Source: Octopus sinensis
Taxonomy: Eukaryota
Reading direction: 5' to 3'
DNA: 64,000 bases
NCBI RefSeq assembly: GCF_006345805.1
Contig: NC_043005.1
Location: 38,192,001 to 38,256,000, forward strand
Shown here piece by piece: positions 1 through 11,961 of this stretch. Positions within the stretch are counted from its first letter, which is position 1, and the number at the start of each line of letters is the position of its first letter. Under the pieces are notes generated by a model. That model did not search any database. It worked only from the letters and a program-made list of their open reading frames with translations, and was not told the origin of the DNA. The position numbers and the translations under genes are program-made.

Positions 1-329
1 TTATTAAAATGTCTTTAACTACTTATGTGACGACACATAACACTTCTTTACCAACAGCACCGACCAAATTAATGTCATCAGCCTAGTCTGGTAAAAGAGG
101 CAGTTCAGCAAATTAGATAGAATATCCCAGACTAATACACTGCATGCTGGAATACAGCACAGTGAACTACATGTAATCAAACATATGAATGATAGTGTAT
201 GCAGCAGCATGTTATAATTAGCTTGATAACACAGTAATTCATTCACAAGCTGTTGATTCGTTACCTTTTGTAACATAATTCTACATGACTAAACAGATTT
301 CTCAGCAACAAAATCTTCCACTCATTACT

Positions 330-548
330 GATTTCAAATTTTAACACAAGGCCTGTAATTTCGAGGGAGGGGTAACTCAATTACCTCAACCCCAGTGCTC
401 AACTGGTACATATTTTATTGACCCCACAAAATGATGAAAAAAGTAAAGTTGATCTCTGTGAAATTTGAACTCAGAATGTAAAGATGGACGAAATGCCGCT
501 AAGCATTTTGCCCAGCAAGCTAACAATTCTGCCAGCTCTTTGCCTTAT
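330..548 (-). mobile_element. tRNA-derived SINE, family B (head GGCGAGCTGGCAGAATCGTTAGC... type), degenerate
   Basis: Matches other in-window copies (13210-13390, 19775-19970, 44440-44635, 48240-48415): CCCCAGTG..AACTGGTAC..TTGACCCC...TTTGAACTCAGAA...GCTAAGCATTT. Confidence 0.85.
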
Positions 549-639
549 AATCCCCCAGTCATTTATTAACAACAGAAATATGTTGAATACTGGTAAAGAT
601 ATCAACATTGATAGCAACAATGTTCATATTGGTTGTCAT

Positions 640-830
640 CATCATCATCATTACTGTTTTAATTACCACTTTTCCATGCTTGCATGGGTTGGATGGGATT
701 TCTTGAGGCAGATTTTTTTGCAGCCAGATGTACTTCCTGTTCAACCCTCATTTACTTCCAAGCAAGGTAATACTTCTTTATGGCTGGGCATAGCATGTTT
801 AAAGGGAAGATTATATGTCAAATAGCATCA
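640..830 (-). mobile_element. Retroposon 3' tail, family C (RTE-associated, (GAT)n tail)
   Basis: (CAT)n then TTTTCCATGCTTGCATGGGTTGG; same motif recurs at 12870, 22853, 42050, 45200, 52470, 55620. Confidence 0.7.
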
Positions 831-1087
831 CTTGTTTGAGAGTGACATTCATTTACTACTATCATGTGATGTAAAGACAGAGAAACATTCACACACACAT
901 ACATGCACACTGATATATATATATACATACACAAATATAAATACATGCACAGATATATATATATATATCACCGTGATCACCGTAACTGACCAGGCTATCA
1001 GATGTTGCTACACGTCGCTGGTCACAATGCACTTCACATTGTTTTAGCCTTCAAATGATGCCACTCTGCTGGCTAAGTGACCAGGCC

Positions 1088-1134
<47 letters not shown>

Positions 1135-1829
1135 TAAGTATATACAGACACAGACACCACACACAATGAGTTTCTTTAAATTTCCCTCTATCAAATACTA
1201 CTCACAACGTTTGAAGCTATATTAGAAAACACTTGCCCAAGGTGCTGCTCTGTGGGACTGAACTTGAAGCTACATGACTAGGAAGTGAACCTCTTAACCA
1301 CAAAGTCATAATAGAAATGATGATCAAACTAACAGAAGTGACTGGTAGAGTCATTATTTGAGTGTTGGATAGAATGCCTTAATGTATTTGTTTTGATTCT
1401 CTATGCTCTGAGTTCAAATCACACCTAGGCCAACTTAGTAAAATATTGCAAAATATGAATGTTCATGGTGAGAACATCTTTGATCACAGGCTTGTTCATC
1501 AGAGCTGACCTAGGGTTAAACAACAACCACAACATAGATATCATCAACAAGACAGTAATACTATCATAATAATGGTTTCTGGTTTGGGCAAAAAGAGAAT
1601 AGTTTCAAGGGGAGGGGGTTAGTCAGTGCCATCAACCACAGTACTAGTAGACTCCTAATTTGTTTTATCGACCCCCACCTAAGTTGACTTTAGAAGGATT
1701 TGAACTCAGAACATAAAGAGGTGGAATATCAGAAAGCATTTTGTCGTTGTTCTAATGATTTGCCAACTTGCTTCCTTGTAAATATTATTGTAATAACAAT
1801 ATTCATCAACAGAAAAATTAATTACTACA

Positions 1830-2262
1830 ATCTTTGCTACCACCACCACAACCACTACCATCATAATTATTACAGTCACCACAACTATCATCATATCTAT
1901 CATCCCCCACAACCACTACCATCATATCTATCACCACCACCACAACTACCACAACCACTACTATCATAAATATCACCACCACTACAACCACAACTACCAC
2001 CACAACCACTATCATCATAACTATCACCACCACCACAACTACCACCAACCACCACTACCACTACAACTATCACCACAACCACAACCCCCACTATAACCAC
2101 TACCATCATGACTATTATTACCACCACCACAACCATTACCATTATAACTATCGCCATCACCACCAGAACCTCTACCATCATAACTATCACCACCACCATC
2201 ACCACTACAATCATCCTCACCTCCACCACACTACTACAACACTAGCCACCATTATCATCTCA
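1830..2262. repeat. Degenerate (ACC/ACT/ATC)n trinucleotide tract
   Basis: Directly visible; source of the poly-V/poly-H ORFs. Confidence 0.95.
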
Positions 2263-2529
2263 TATAAAATAGCCCACATCGACAGAGAGAGAGAGAGAGA
2301 GAGAGAGACTACAGACAGACAGACAGACAGATAGATAGACGGCATAGCCCATCATCTCACCACAACTGCCATTATGAACCGAGAATCTGCTACCATTATC
2401 ATAACAGATACAACTACAGTCAGCACTACCATTACCGACTCCTGACTTACAACTTACAAATAGAGAAGAAAAAGAAAACATTTTTTTCTTCACTATTTTA
2501 TAATACAAATTACCTTGCTAAATTTCCAG

Positions 2530-2543
2530 GTGAACACTTGTTA
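2530..2543 (+). CDS. Candidate 14-nt microexon A, GTGAACACTTGTTA (phase 1 to 0; xEHLL)
   Basis: Acceptor ttaccttgctaaatttccAG after a T-rich tract; consensus donor GTAAGT; paralogous to 6107-6120. Confidence 0.55.
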
Positions 2544-2989
2544 GTAAGTAATTTGCGTCATTATCTCAGGCACATCATTTCATCAGGCAATTTTTCATGT
2601 AAACCTCCTTGTTAATGCAGGTATATTTTTTTATATTTTACATAGATAAATATGCAGTCATAGTTTATTTGCGTGGTTGTTTTGTTTTGTTTTGTTTGTT
2701 TGTTGCTGTTGCTTTTATTTTTTTTTGTGTGTTTTGTGGTAGCACTATGATGGTGCATAGGTGTCGGGCATGTTGCTTCCTGTTATTAAGGTGTCGTATG
2801 TCCTATAATTACAGGGAACTAAACAGGTATTACTGATGAAATTAGAGATAGGCTTTCTTTTGGGTATGTGCGCTAGCGATTTCTACTTTTAGCAACTGCA
2901 TATAGCACACAAAAACACTTGTGCAAGCATCTCTGTGTGTGTCTATGTGTAACACAGCACAGCTAAAAGTACAAATTGTAGTAATATTA

Positions 2990-3234
2990 TGCACACACAT
3001 AAACACACACACACACACACGTATGTATGTATGTATGTATATGTGTAAATATGTATATCTGTACTCATATACATATATATATATATACACATATATATGA
3101 ATGTATTTATATATATATATGTGTATGTATATTTGTACACATGTACATACATATATGAATACACATATGTAAACACACGTATATATATATATATATATAT
3201 ATGCACATATGTATGTACATACACACACATATAT

Positions 3235-3289
<55 letters not shown>

Positions 3290-3365
3290 CATATATATGT
3301 ACATACACACACATATATATGTATATGTGTGTGTGTCTAAGAATGTATGAATATATGTGTGTATG
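2990..3365. repeat. Compound (CA)n/(TA)n/(TATG)n microsatellite
   Basis: Directly visible. Confidence 0.95.
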
Positions 3366-3771
3366 TATGAATAAATGGACAGATGAACAGAAGATTGTTC
3401 AACTCAGAAAAAAAGATTACTCTTATTGCTATTAGTTTATATGAACAATCTTGATGCTGGAATTTTTTTTCTCTTTTGGCTTAAATCACAAACAATTTGA
3501 CCTAACCTATATTATACTCTTGCATGAAAACTGATAACATAATAATAAAAAAAAAGATAGTTATAGAATGCCCCTAATATGTAATATCAAACAAACTAGA
3601 TACTCCAATGGCAATCAACTGATTCCAGTTCTTAGAATCTTTCTGGACCTTATAGGTAATGTTAACACTAACACCTCAACTATGAAAAGATATTTTGCTC
3701 TGAAACTTCCAAAAGTAAAAACTATTTCTATCAAAAGCAGTTTGCTTCTACTTTTATTTGTAAAAAATTGG

Positions 3772-4078
3772 AACTTTATCGGTTACGCTGATGAAGGTTC
3801 CAGTTGATCTGATCAACAGAACAACCTCCTCATAAATTAATGTACAAGTGGCTGAGCATTCCACAGACATGCATACCTTAAACATAGTTCTCAGGGTAAT
3901 TCAGCATGACACAGTATGTGACAAGGCTGGCCCTTTGAAATACAGATACTACTCATTTTCGCCAGCTAAGTGGACTGGAGCGATGTGCAATAATGTCTTG
4001 AAGGATGCAATACATCACTGGAAATTGAACTCACGACTTTATGATTGTGAGCCAAATACCACTCACCACTTAGCCAAT
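3772..4078 (-). mobile_element. SINE carrying the family D 3' domain with a different head
   Basis: 3772-3950 is the reverse complement of the 3' half of the SINEs at 25945-26324 and 37238-37625; 3950-4078 resembles the head at 23330-23460. Confidence 0.8.
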
Positions 4079-4194
4079 GCCCCTTCACTTTTACTTGTAG
4101 ATCTATTGTAAATCAATCATAGACTTCTGTAGTGAACTTGGCAATCATTCTCTTTTCTTTCTTCTTGGAATTATATCTTTCAGAGGAACTCTTT

Positions 4195-4605
4195 ACTCTC
4201 TCTTTTACTATTTTACGTGTTTCAGTCATTTTACTGCGGCCATGCTGGAGCACCGCCTTTTAGTTGAGCAAATCGACCCCAGGACTTATTCTTTGTAAGC
4301 CTAGTACTTATTTTATCTATTGCTTTTGCCGAACTGCTAAGTTACAGGGACGTAAACACACCAGCATCGGTTGTCAAGCGATGTCGGGTGGGGGAAGACA
4401 AACAGACACAAACACACACATTTATATATATACATATTTATGATGGGCTTCTTTCAGTTTCCATCTACCAAATCCACTCACAAAGCTTTGGTTGGCCCGA
4501 GGCTATAGTAGAAGACACTTGCCCAAGGTGCCATGCAGTGGGACTGAATCTGGAACCATGTGGTTCGTAAGCAAGCTACTTACCACACAGCTACTCCTGC
4601 GCCTT
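4195..4605 (-). mobile_element. Full-length tRNA-derived SINE, family A (internal TA/CA microsatellite)
   Basis: Reverse complement closely matches 28072-28490; head GGAGTAGCTGTGTGGTAAGTAGCTTGCTT...GGTTCCAGATTCAGTCCC. Confidence 0.9.
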
Positions 4606-5010
4606 CAACTTTGAAATACCTACCATAGTTAATGGCATATATGACTCACAATTTTTCAGAAAATGTCTCAAAAATATCACTGAGAGTCCTAATTGTGAAT
4701 TTGGGTTCTATTCCATGCTTTAATGCACTAAAATTTTATATCCTCATTATGTGCATCTACTATGCCCATGTGTGTGTATTATACCATCAAATATTGTAAT
4801 TTGAAACAATTACAATTAAACATTGGGCTATCATGTTCAAACTGTTAATTATTAAAATTTGATTGACATTCATTTAAAAAACTATCATATAAACATTGTT
4901 GCAATTCTTCTGATGAGCAAATATATATTAAAACAAATAATATCTACTGAGTCAAGTATTTAAACATGCATCAGTTTACATTGGTTATTCATAGAGTAAC
5001 TGATTTGAAT

Positions 5011-5051
<41 letters not shown>

Positions 5052-6106
5052 CATGCACACATACACATGCATACACACAATATATTGTTGCAGGGTTTGA
5101 TATATACACAATATAATTTATAGTATTTAAACATTGAAATATTCTGCTACAAAGATTAACAAATTCACCCAAATACAGAGACATATAAATGGAGGTAAAA
5201 AACAGAGAGAGAGAGAGAGAGAGAGAGATCATATTCGTATGTTGTATTGTGTTGTAACTGTTTGATATCACATAAGATTAGAAGATACATTAAATGCAAA
5301 GAAAGTAAAACAGCATAGAAACAACTTAAGGGAGAGAAAAAAAAAGTCACCAACAATATCAGATTTAAATTCATTCATGTCAAACTACATTCCCAAAGAT
5401 TATTTTCTGGTTTTTACTGGAATGGAAAGGAGTCAGATATTTTTTTTCTTTTTATTTTTCTTTTACTTCTTTCTTTTTTCTGCAACGTCTTTGAGTTTTT
5501 GAAATTCTTTTCAAGATGTGCCAAACTCAAATGACAATGAACTGTAATCCAAACGAAGAAGAAAGTTGAAATAAATCTCCAGCTACTGTATTTCTAATTC
5601 TTTTCTTCTTCAGACATAATATTGTTCTAGTACCTGGATATATTTCAATAGCACACATTCAATAGCTTGTAAACAAGTGTGTGTATGTGTGTATGTGTGT
5701 GTGTCTGCGAGTGTGTGTGTGTACTCAAAAAATTTCAGCGTGAACTGGTATGAAAATATGCATATATATTCTTCAATATATACAGACACACAAGATGCAC
5801 ACACATGTACACACACATGTATATATGCATACATACATGTACACACACATACATCTACATATATATTTTATTATCATCATCTTCATCGTTTTGTGCCTGC
5901 TTTCCATGCTGGCATGGATTGGACAGGTTGCCAAAATCTGAGTCAGCTGATATCTAGAGATATGACTCACCAAGAAAGATCAGAAAATTTCATCTTACTG
6001 ATGTATTTTGTTCTACAGCTGGACACTCATATATTCGTAGATATATGTACATATCACCAACATCATCACTTAATATCCATGTTCCGTGCTGTTTTAATTT
6101 TGATAG

Positions 6107-6120
6107 GTGTGGACATGTTA
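6107..6120 (+). CDS. Candidate 14-nt microexon B, GTGTGGACATGTTA (phase 1 to 0; xVDML)
   Basis: Acceptor gtgctgttttaattttgatAG, donor GTAAGG; 10/14 identical to 2530-2543 with the same TTA|GTAAG junction. Confidence 0.55.
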
Positions 6121-6224
6121 GTAAGGTTAAGATCACTTTACAATTATTTGGTTTCAGGTTTAGTCCTACTCAATGATACCTTGGACAAGTGTTTTCTATT
6201 ATAGCTCCATGTGAATAAATTTGG

Positions 6225-6445
6225 TAAATGGAAATGGTGTGGAAGCTCCTTGTATATATGTGTGTTTCTTTATGCTTGTGTTTGTCCCACCACTAACTGA
6301 CAGCTGTTGTTGCCTCGATAACTTTGCAGTTAGTCTGATAGAATAAGTACAAGGCTTAAAACCCAAATTAAGCACTGGGGTTAATTCCTTGAAGATGGTG
6401 CCCCAATATAGCCACAATCCAATGAATAAAACAAGTGAAGTGATA
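6225..6445 (+). mobile_element. Family A SINE, 3' part, degenerate
   Basis: GATAGAATAAGTAC...GGCTT..AA and GAAGATGGTGCCCCA motifs shared with 28320-28470. Confidence 0.7.
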
Positions 6446-7479
6446 AAATGAAAAAAAAATGTCTTTTATAAGGATCAATGGTATTTAATTTGACTGCTTT
6501 CTGATTTAAGCAACCCATATAACCTCTCATAACTTTTCTAACTTTTGGAATTTTCAGAAAATTTTTGTGAATCTATGTTTTACACGGGAATCTACACGAT
6601 TATATAAAAAAAATTTTTTTATTTTTTAAAACCAATCCCCCCCCCCCCCCCCACACACAAAAATCCTAAAAGTTCCACTCCTTTTCAATTTCCTTTTTTT
6701 TTTTGTCAGTTTAAAATACAAAGAATTTGAATTTTTTGCTTAAATCCCAGCAATGGACTACCTTTGAGGGCATCATCATTCCATTAAATGTGTGTATGGG
6801 GAGAAAAATATGGAAAAATATCAATACATGTCAAACAAAGAAACAAGGAAGGTATCAGGTGGTCATTAGATGTGCTAAAAACAACAGCTAAATTCCCCTT
6901 AAGTCACACAAAAGTTTTATTTTTTTGCATAATTGTATGAATTCTGGTGTGTAGAGTGCAAATTAACAAGATGCTTTTGAAAATTCAAAAAAAATATAAA
7001 AGGTCATGGGGGTTTATATGATGTATTTAAACCAGAATTCTGCCTATAATTTGGTAGAATTCTTAACATTTTAGATTACAGATGAATGGTTACAGACTTT
7101 AAAACAGTAAACTGTTATCAAACATATAGTGATCTGTTTGGTAATTAATCACCCACTGAAAGAGGTGAGCTGTGGGAAAGTTGGAAGGGATGATACTCAG
7201 AATGATGGCTGAATTAATGGAAATTGTTCAAGAAGATAAGATAATTAGTGGCACGAAAGGGAAGAAATATGGGCATATTCTGCTGCCATATGATTTCAGT
7301 AACAGAACAATGCTGTTGGTAGAAGAGTGATGGTGAGATGGATGTTAGGAAGATGAGAGGTGGAGAAACTTGACAGGGACAGAATGAGTGCAGAGGTGAG
7401 ACCCAGTGAACGTAAAAACTGAAGCATAATGTTTTTATGACATCACTCTCACTGTGATGGACACGGCATCTCTGGCACA

Positions 7480-7800
7480 ATGCAGAAACCAATCATCTCA
7501 GTCCTTTGTCATTGCTACCCTGTGGCTCAACCATTGAGATCAGCCTTTGTGAGCCTTCCACAAGCTCCATTTTTATGCATCTGTCCTCATCCATACTCAC
7601 ATGTCCACAGCAGAAGAGTTTTCTCTCCTTCACACTACATTTGATTACTTTTATGTGTAATTTTTCCATCAACATATTCACACTTTGTTCTGCATGCACA
7701 CTGATGTTGCATATCCATTGGAGCATACTGACTCCATTCCCTTTTAGTCTTCACATGGTTTCTGCATTCAGGGCCCATGTGTACTAGTTGACTAATGTTT
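7480..7800 (-). mobile_element. RTE-clade LINE, ORF C-terminal fragment
   Basis: Translation MLQWICNISVHAEQSVNMLMEKLHIKVIKCSVKERKLFCCGHVSMDEDRCIK matches the RTE C-terminal pattern (MLRWMC...RERRLRWYGHV.RM). Confidence 0.8.
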
Positions 7801-7967
7801 AATGAGTAATGAGAAAAAAAAATAAAATAAAATAAAAAGCAGATACTTGTATATTAATTTACAAAGTTAGTATATCATTATTATCTATATAATGTTATTG
7901 TCCTCTGATAGCTGATTTATGTTACTGTTTGGTATCAACATAATTTGTCTGTCAGGAGACTGCAGTA

Positions 7968-7991
7968 TTATGATAATGATAATAATAATTA

Positions 7992-8055
<64 letters not shown>
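7968..8055 (+). repeat. (TAA)n microsatellite
   Basis: Directly visible; immediately precedes the R4/Dong fragments. Confidence 0.95.
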
Positions 8056-8056
<1 letters not shown>

Positions 8057-8078
8057 GTAATGGTAATAATTACTTTAA

Positions 8079-8278
8079 CAGAAGTACGTGGAACAAATAG
8101 GGGCTGCAGTAAGGGTGGAGCACTTGCAGAAAACAGCACTATTTGGAACTGCTCGAATACTCTGGATGGTGCTTAAAAAATATGGTGTGTTACCTTAGCT
8201 CACAGGTAGTGAACAGCTGACACCATAGTACATCTCCAGTGTTAGAAGATGTGCAAAGACAATAAAATTATAATAATA
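8079..8278 (+). mobile_element. R4/Dong-clade non-LTR retrotransposon 3' end, copy 1
   Basis: 8079-8198 reads QKYVEQIGAAVRVEHLQKTALFGTARILWMVLKKYGVLP*; LQK.ALLGTA.ILR.VL is the typical R4/Dong C-terminus; short 3' UTR ending in TAATAATAA. Confidence 0.85.
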
Positions 8279-8515
8279 AAGCCAATTATTCTTGGTTCCT
8301 TGGGGACAATATCAGAAGGCATCAAGAGGAATATAAAGGAAACTGAAATAGAGTACCCGGTAGAACTGTTACAAAAGGTTTGCCTCCTTGACTCAGACAC
8401 AATAATCAGGAAAGTATTGGATAGTTGATAAGATGATAGCATGGTACCATAGACTGCAGGCAGCAAGCTTACTATGTATGTAAAACTCCAGGAGTTACAA
8501 AACCTGAGATAAAAA
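8279..8515 (+). mobile_element. R4/Dong-clade 3' end, copy 2 (different subfamily)
   Basis: 8279-8428 reads KPIILGSLGTISEGIKRNIKETEIEYPVELLQKVCLLDSDTIIRKVLDS*. Confidence 0.85.
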
Positions 8516-8517
8516 GA

Positions 8518-8890
8518 AATACCCCAGTAGTCAAAGGGACACTGAGTAACTGTCATTGCAGTTGTTTTAGGAGCACTAAGAGAGTAACTGTCATCCCAGT
8601 AGTTGTAGGGGCACTCAAACCACTAACATCCAAGTTCAAGAAATATGTCAAAGAAATTGGAATTGACATGAGGGCAGAGCATGCCCCCAAAACTACTCTA
8701 TTGGGGATAAATAAGATTTTGAGATTGGTACTTGAGTGTTGAGTATCTTCTACAATACTTCACACCTAAATACCAAGTTTTATAATTTGTGGAAAGAGAC
8801 ACTGTGAGACCCTTGACTACAGGATGGTGTCTGTTCTCATAGAATTAACCAGAGCAAGTAAGATTGAGAGCTCTGAGAAGTAAATTATTC
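8518..8890 (+). mobile_element. R4/Dong-clade 3' end, copy 3, with reiterated 5' junction
   Basis: 8584-8742 reads VTVIPVVVGALKPLTSKFKKYVKEIGIDMRAEHAPKTTLLGINKILRLVLEC*. Confidence 0.8.
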
Positions 8891-8989
8891 AAAATGGCTG
8901 ACGACAAGCATCACACTTGAAACTCAAGAGTACCAATGAATTTCAATAAAACTGTTTTGAGCCATATATATATATATATATATATATAA

Positions 8990-9352
8990 GGTGCAGGCAT
9001 GGCTGTGTGGTAAGAAGCTTGCTTCCTAACCACAAAGTTCCAGGTTCAGTCCCACTGTGTGAGGCCAACCAAAACCTTGTGAGTGGATTTGGTAGACAAA
9101 AATTGGAAGAAGCCCATCGTATATGTGTGTTTTGTGATGTGTTTGTCCCTCATCACTGCTTGACAACCAGTGTTGGTGTGTTTATATCCCCATAACTTAG
9201 CAGTTCAGTAAAAGAGATTGATAGAATAAGTACCAGGCTTAGCAAAATAGCAAAAAATACTAAGTACTAGGGTCAATTCATTAGACTAAAAATTCTTCAA
9301 GGCAGTGCCCTAGCATGGCCATACTCTAATGACTGAAACAAGTAAAAGATAA
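8990..9352 (+). mobile_element. Family A SINE
   Basis: GGCTGTGTGGTAAGAAGCTTGCTT...GGTTCAGTCCC head plus body matching 28072-28490. Confidence 0.85.
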
Positions 9353-9725
9353 ATGATAAATAAATGAATACACACACACACATACACACATATAGTGAAA
9401 GAGAGAAAGAGAGAGAGGTTATCTATGTATACCTGTATATGTTATTTATGAATGGTTCTGATTCCCAGTACAGCCAACAATTCTCCCCTACAGCCACCAA
9501 TATCTTAATGTTCCACTGAAATATTCCACATACTGTATGACCAGTGCAGATCAGTCTTCTTTCTTTCTTTCTTGCTTTCTTTCTGTCTTTTCATTATTAT
9601 ATTCCTTATTCCTACCTACTTGTTCTCATGTGAGGAGAAATCTAAATAACTAAAGTACAGACCACCAGAATTACTTGTCTCAGTCTTGTACTTCACTCAG
9701 TACTTTTGTCACAAAATCATCCAAC

Positions 9726-9792
<67 letters not shown>

Positions 9793-10316
9793 CCTTATAC
9801 ATTATAGCAAAGATATTCCTTCAGCGTAAATTCATTAGCTGTGTCAGGACTCCTCATACTACCAGTGAATGCGTGTCCTTAACTCACCCAACTCTTGTTA
9901 AATGAGAGAGAGAGAGAGGACAACTGCTTTACACCAGGTCATTTTTTGACACCTCCTCCTCCTCCTTCCTTTTTCTCCTCTACCTCCTCCTCTTCCTCAG
10001 TTGCCTTAAAGAGTTACAGAGCATCTCCTTCAGAGACAAACTTATCAAAATCAATTTATACTGAAACTAATTGAAAAAGTGAATTTGTGGCATGAAATAC
10101 AAGAGAGATTATCAAGAATCAATAAAACAATGATAGATTTGGTATTATTATGCAGTAGACTGTCGTGGATTTTCCTTTCTTCTTATTTCCATTTGTTAGT
10201 TTTCTTCTTGCTGCTCTAGTTCTTCCTTCTTTTCGTCCTTCTCTTACACACTTCTTAACATGCTATAGTAATTAGGTGTTCTGTTCTTAATTAATCTTAT
10301 AAAATCTGATTTTTAC

Positions 10317-10379
10317 CTTGCCATCAAGGGAATTGACAAAAATCTTTCCTCCAGACCTTTTTTCTCCTACTGGTGGCAT
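10317..10379 (-). CDS. Candidate antisense first coding exon, MPPVGEKRSGGKIFVNSLDGK
   Basis: ttcaccATG start context, 21 open codons, AAG|GTAAAA donor; no downstream partner exon found. Confidence 0.2.
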
Positions 10380-10539
10380 GGTGAAAGTGTGGAGAAGAGT
10401 TAGAGTGCTGTGTATTTGTGTGTGGAGGGATATCATCTGAAAATTGCTGTTGAGAAGGACAGATGGTTGCTACATTGGAGAAGAAGAGAGAGAGCAAGCT
10501 GTACAGAGAGAAGGAAAAAGGGAGGAGGAGGGAAGGAGG

Positions 10540-10620
10540 GAAGAAAGGAAGTAATTAAACTTTAGTTTATAATTTGATGGACTAATTAGCTGATGGCATT
10601 AAATTTCTGTGCACAGATTG
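10540..10620. promoter_or_regulatory. Candidate homeodomain-site cluster in a TE-free block
   Basis: GTAATTAAA, TTTATAATT, TGATGGA, CTAATTAG, TGATGG and ATTAAA within about 70 bp, next to GA-rich tracts. Confidence 0.25.
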
Positions 10621-10914
10621 TGTGGTCTCTTCTTTTATTGAAATAATAGAGAGTATACACATGTTATAGCAAAACTAAGTGCTTTTCAGTTGTGATATGG
10701 AAGAAAAAAAACAATCATAAACATCACCATTAGCATCATCATCATCATCAACTTTATTGTTATAATCGTCATTATTTTTTGTTTTTGAAGGGAGTGGGGA
10801 GGAGAAAGGACCATAAAAGAGCTGACACAGATGGGAAGCACTTAAAATTCTTTGTGGTATTTAGTTACACACATATATGTTCTAAGAAACAATTATATAT
10901 AATAATAATCCTTT

Positions 10915-11290
10915 CTACTATAGGCACAAAGCCTGAAATTTTAGGGATCACATCAAAAATTTGGGATTACATTGACCTCATTGTTTCACTGGTACTTAAT
11001 TTATTGACCCCTAAGAGATGAATGGCAAAGTCTGCCTCAGCAGAATTTGGACTTAGAACGTAACAACAGGTAAAATACTGCTAAGCATTTCATCCAGTGT
11101 GCTAATGATTCTGCCAGCTCACTGCCTAAATAATAATGACCCTTTCTACTAAAGGCACAAGGCCTGAGATTTAGAGGGTGAGGCTAGTCGATTACATCGA
11201 ATCCAGTGTGTAACAGGTACTTATTTCATCAACTCTGAAAGGATGAAAGGCAAAGTTTACCTCAGTGGAATTCAAACTCAGAACATGAAA
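10915..11290 (-). mobile_element. Two tandem family B SINE copies
   Basis: Motif TTCTACTA.AGGCACAAG.CCTGA.ATTT occurs at about 10915 and about 11140, each followed by a family B body. Confidence 0.8.
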
Positions 11291-11961
11291 ATGATAATCA
11301 TTTAATGTCTGTTCGTCCTGCTGGCATGGGGTGGATGGTTTGTCAAGAGCTGGCAAGTCAGAGGGCTATGCCTGTTTTCTGTTTTGGTATGGTTTCTATT
11401 GTTGGATGTCCTTCCTAATACCAACCATTTTACAGAGTGTACTTGGTGCTCTTTTCATGGCACCAGCACTGGCAGGATCACCAAATAACTTGTAGGACAA
11501 AACAAAGTCCTTTTACTCAAGGGGAGCAGTATTGAATGAGATGGCTTTATTGGTTTTATGCTAGTTGATTAGAGGTTAGAATAATAATAGCAGGATAGAG
11601 CTTGGTATCTTGCTGTAGAAGTGACTCAAGGTTATCCCAGGTAGAGGAGAAGGGAGGAGGAGATTTATAGAGAGTGGTAGATATAGGAGTGGCTCAAGAG
11701 GGGTGGTTATGTTTGATATGTCAGAGCATTAGGAGAGATAGGGAATGAAAGAGATGATAATGATCAAGCATAGCTGAAAGGAGAAGAGCATGACTGGAGG
11801 AAGATAAAGAATGGATGCAGTTCTAAAGATGGTCTAACAGAGAGGTGAGGGCAAGGCTAAAGATAGGTAATGAGGAATGGAAATGTTTCTGGAGAGGGTG
11901 AGAAAAGGGGAAGGAAACATAAGTATGGCATGTACGTAGTATGTACCTGTTCTGCTTTCAG

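Noticed and set aside
2760-2800. RACCF match to the vertebrate BK-channel STREX exon
   Set aside because: Only five residues match, the phase appears not to fit, and no other Slo exons are visible.
1700-3435. Long poly-V, poly-H and YI/CV-repeat ORFs here and at 29290-31347 and 61372-61781
   Set aside because: They are translations of microsatellites that lack stop codons in some frames; no complexity and no splice support.
10317-10350. KIFVNSLDGK resembling the ubiquitin N-terminus QIFVKTLTGK
   Set aside because: No remainder of a ubiquitin fold was found downstream; probably coincidental.
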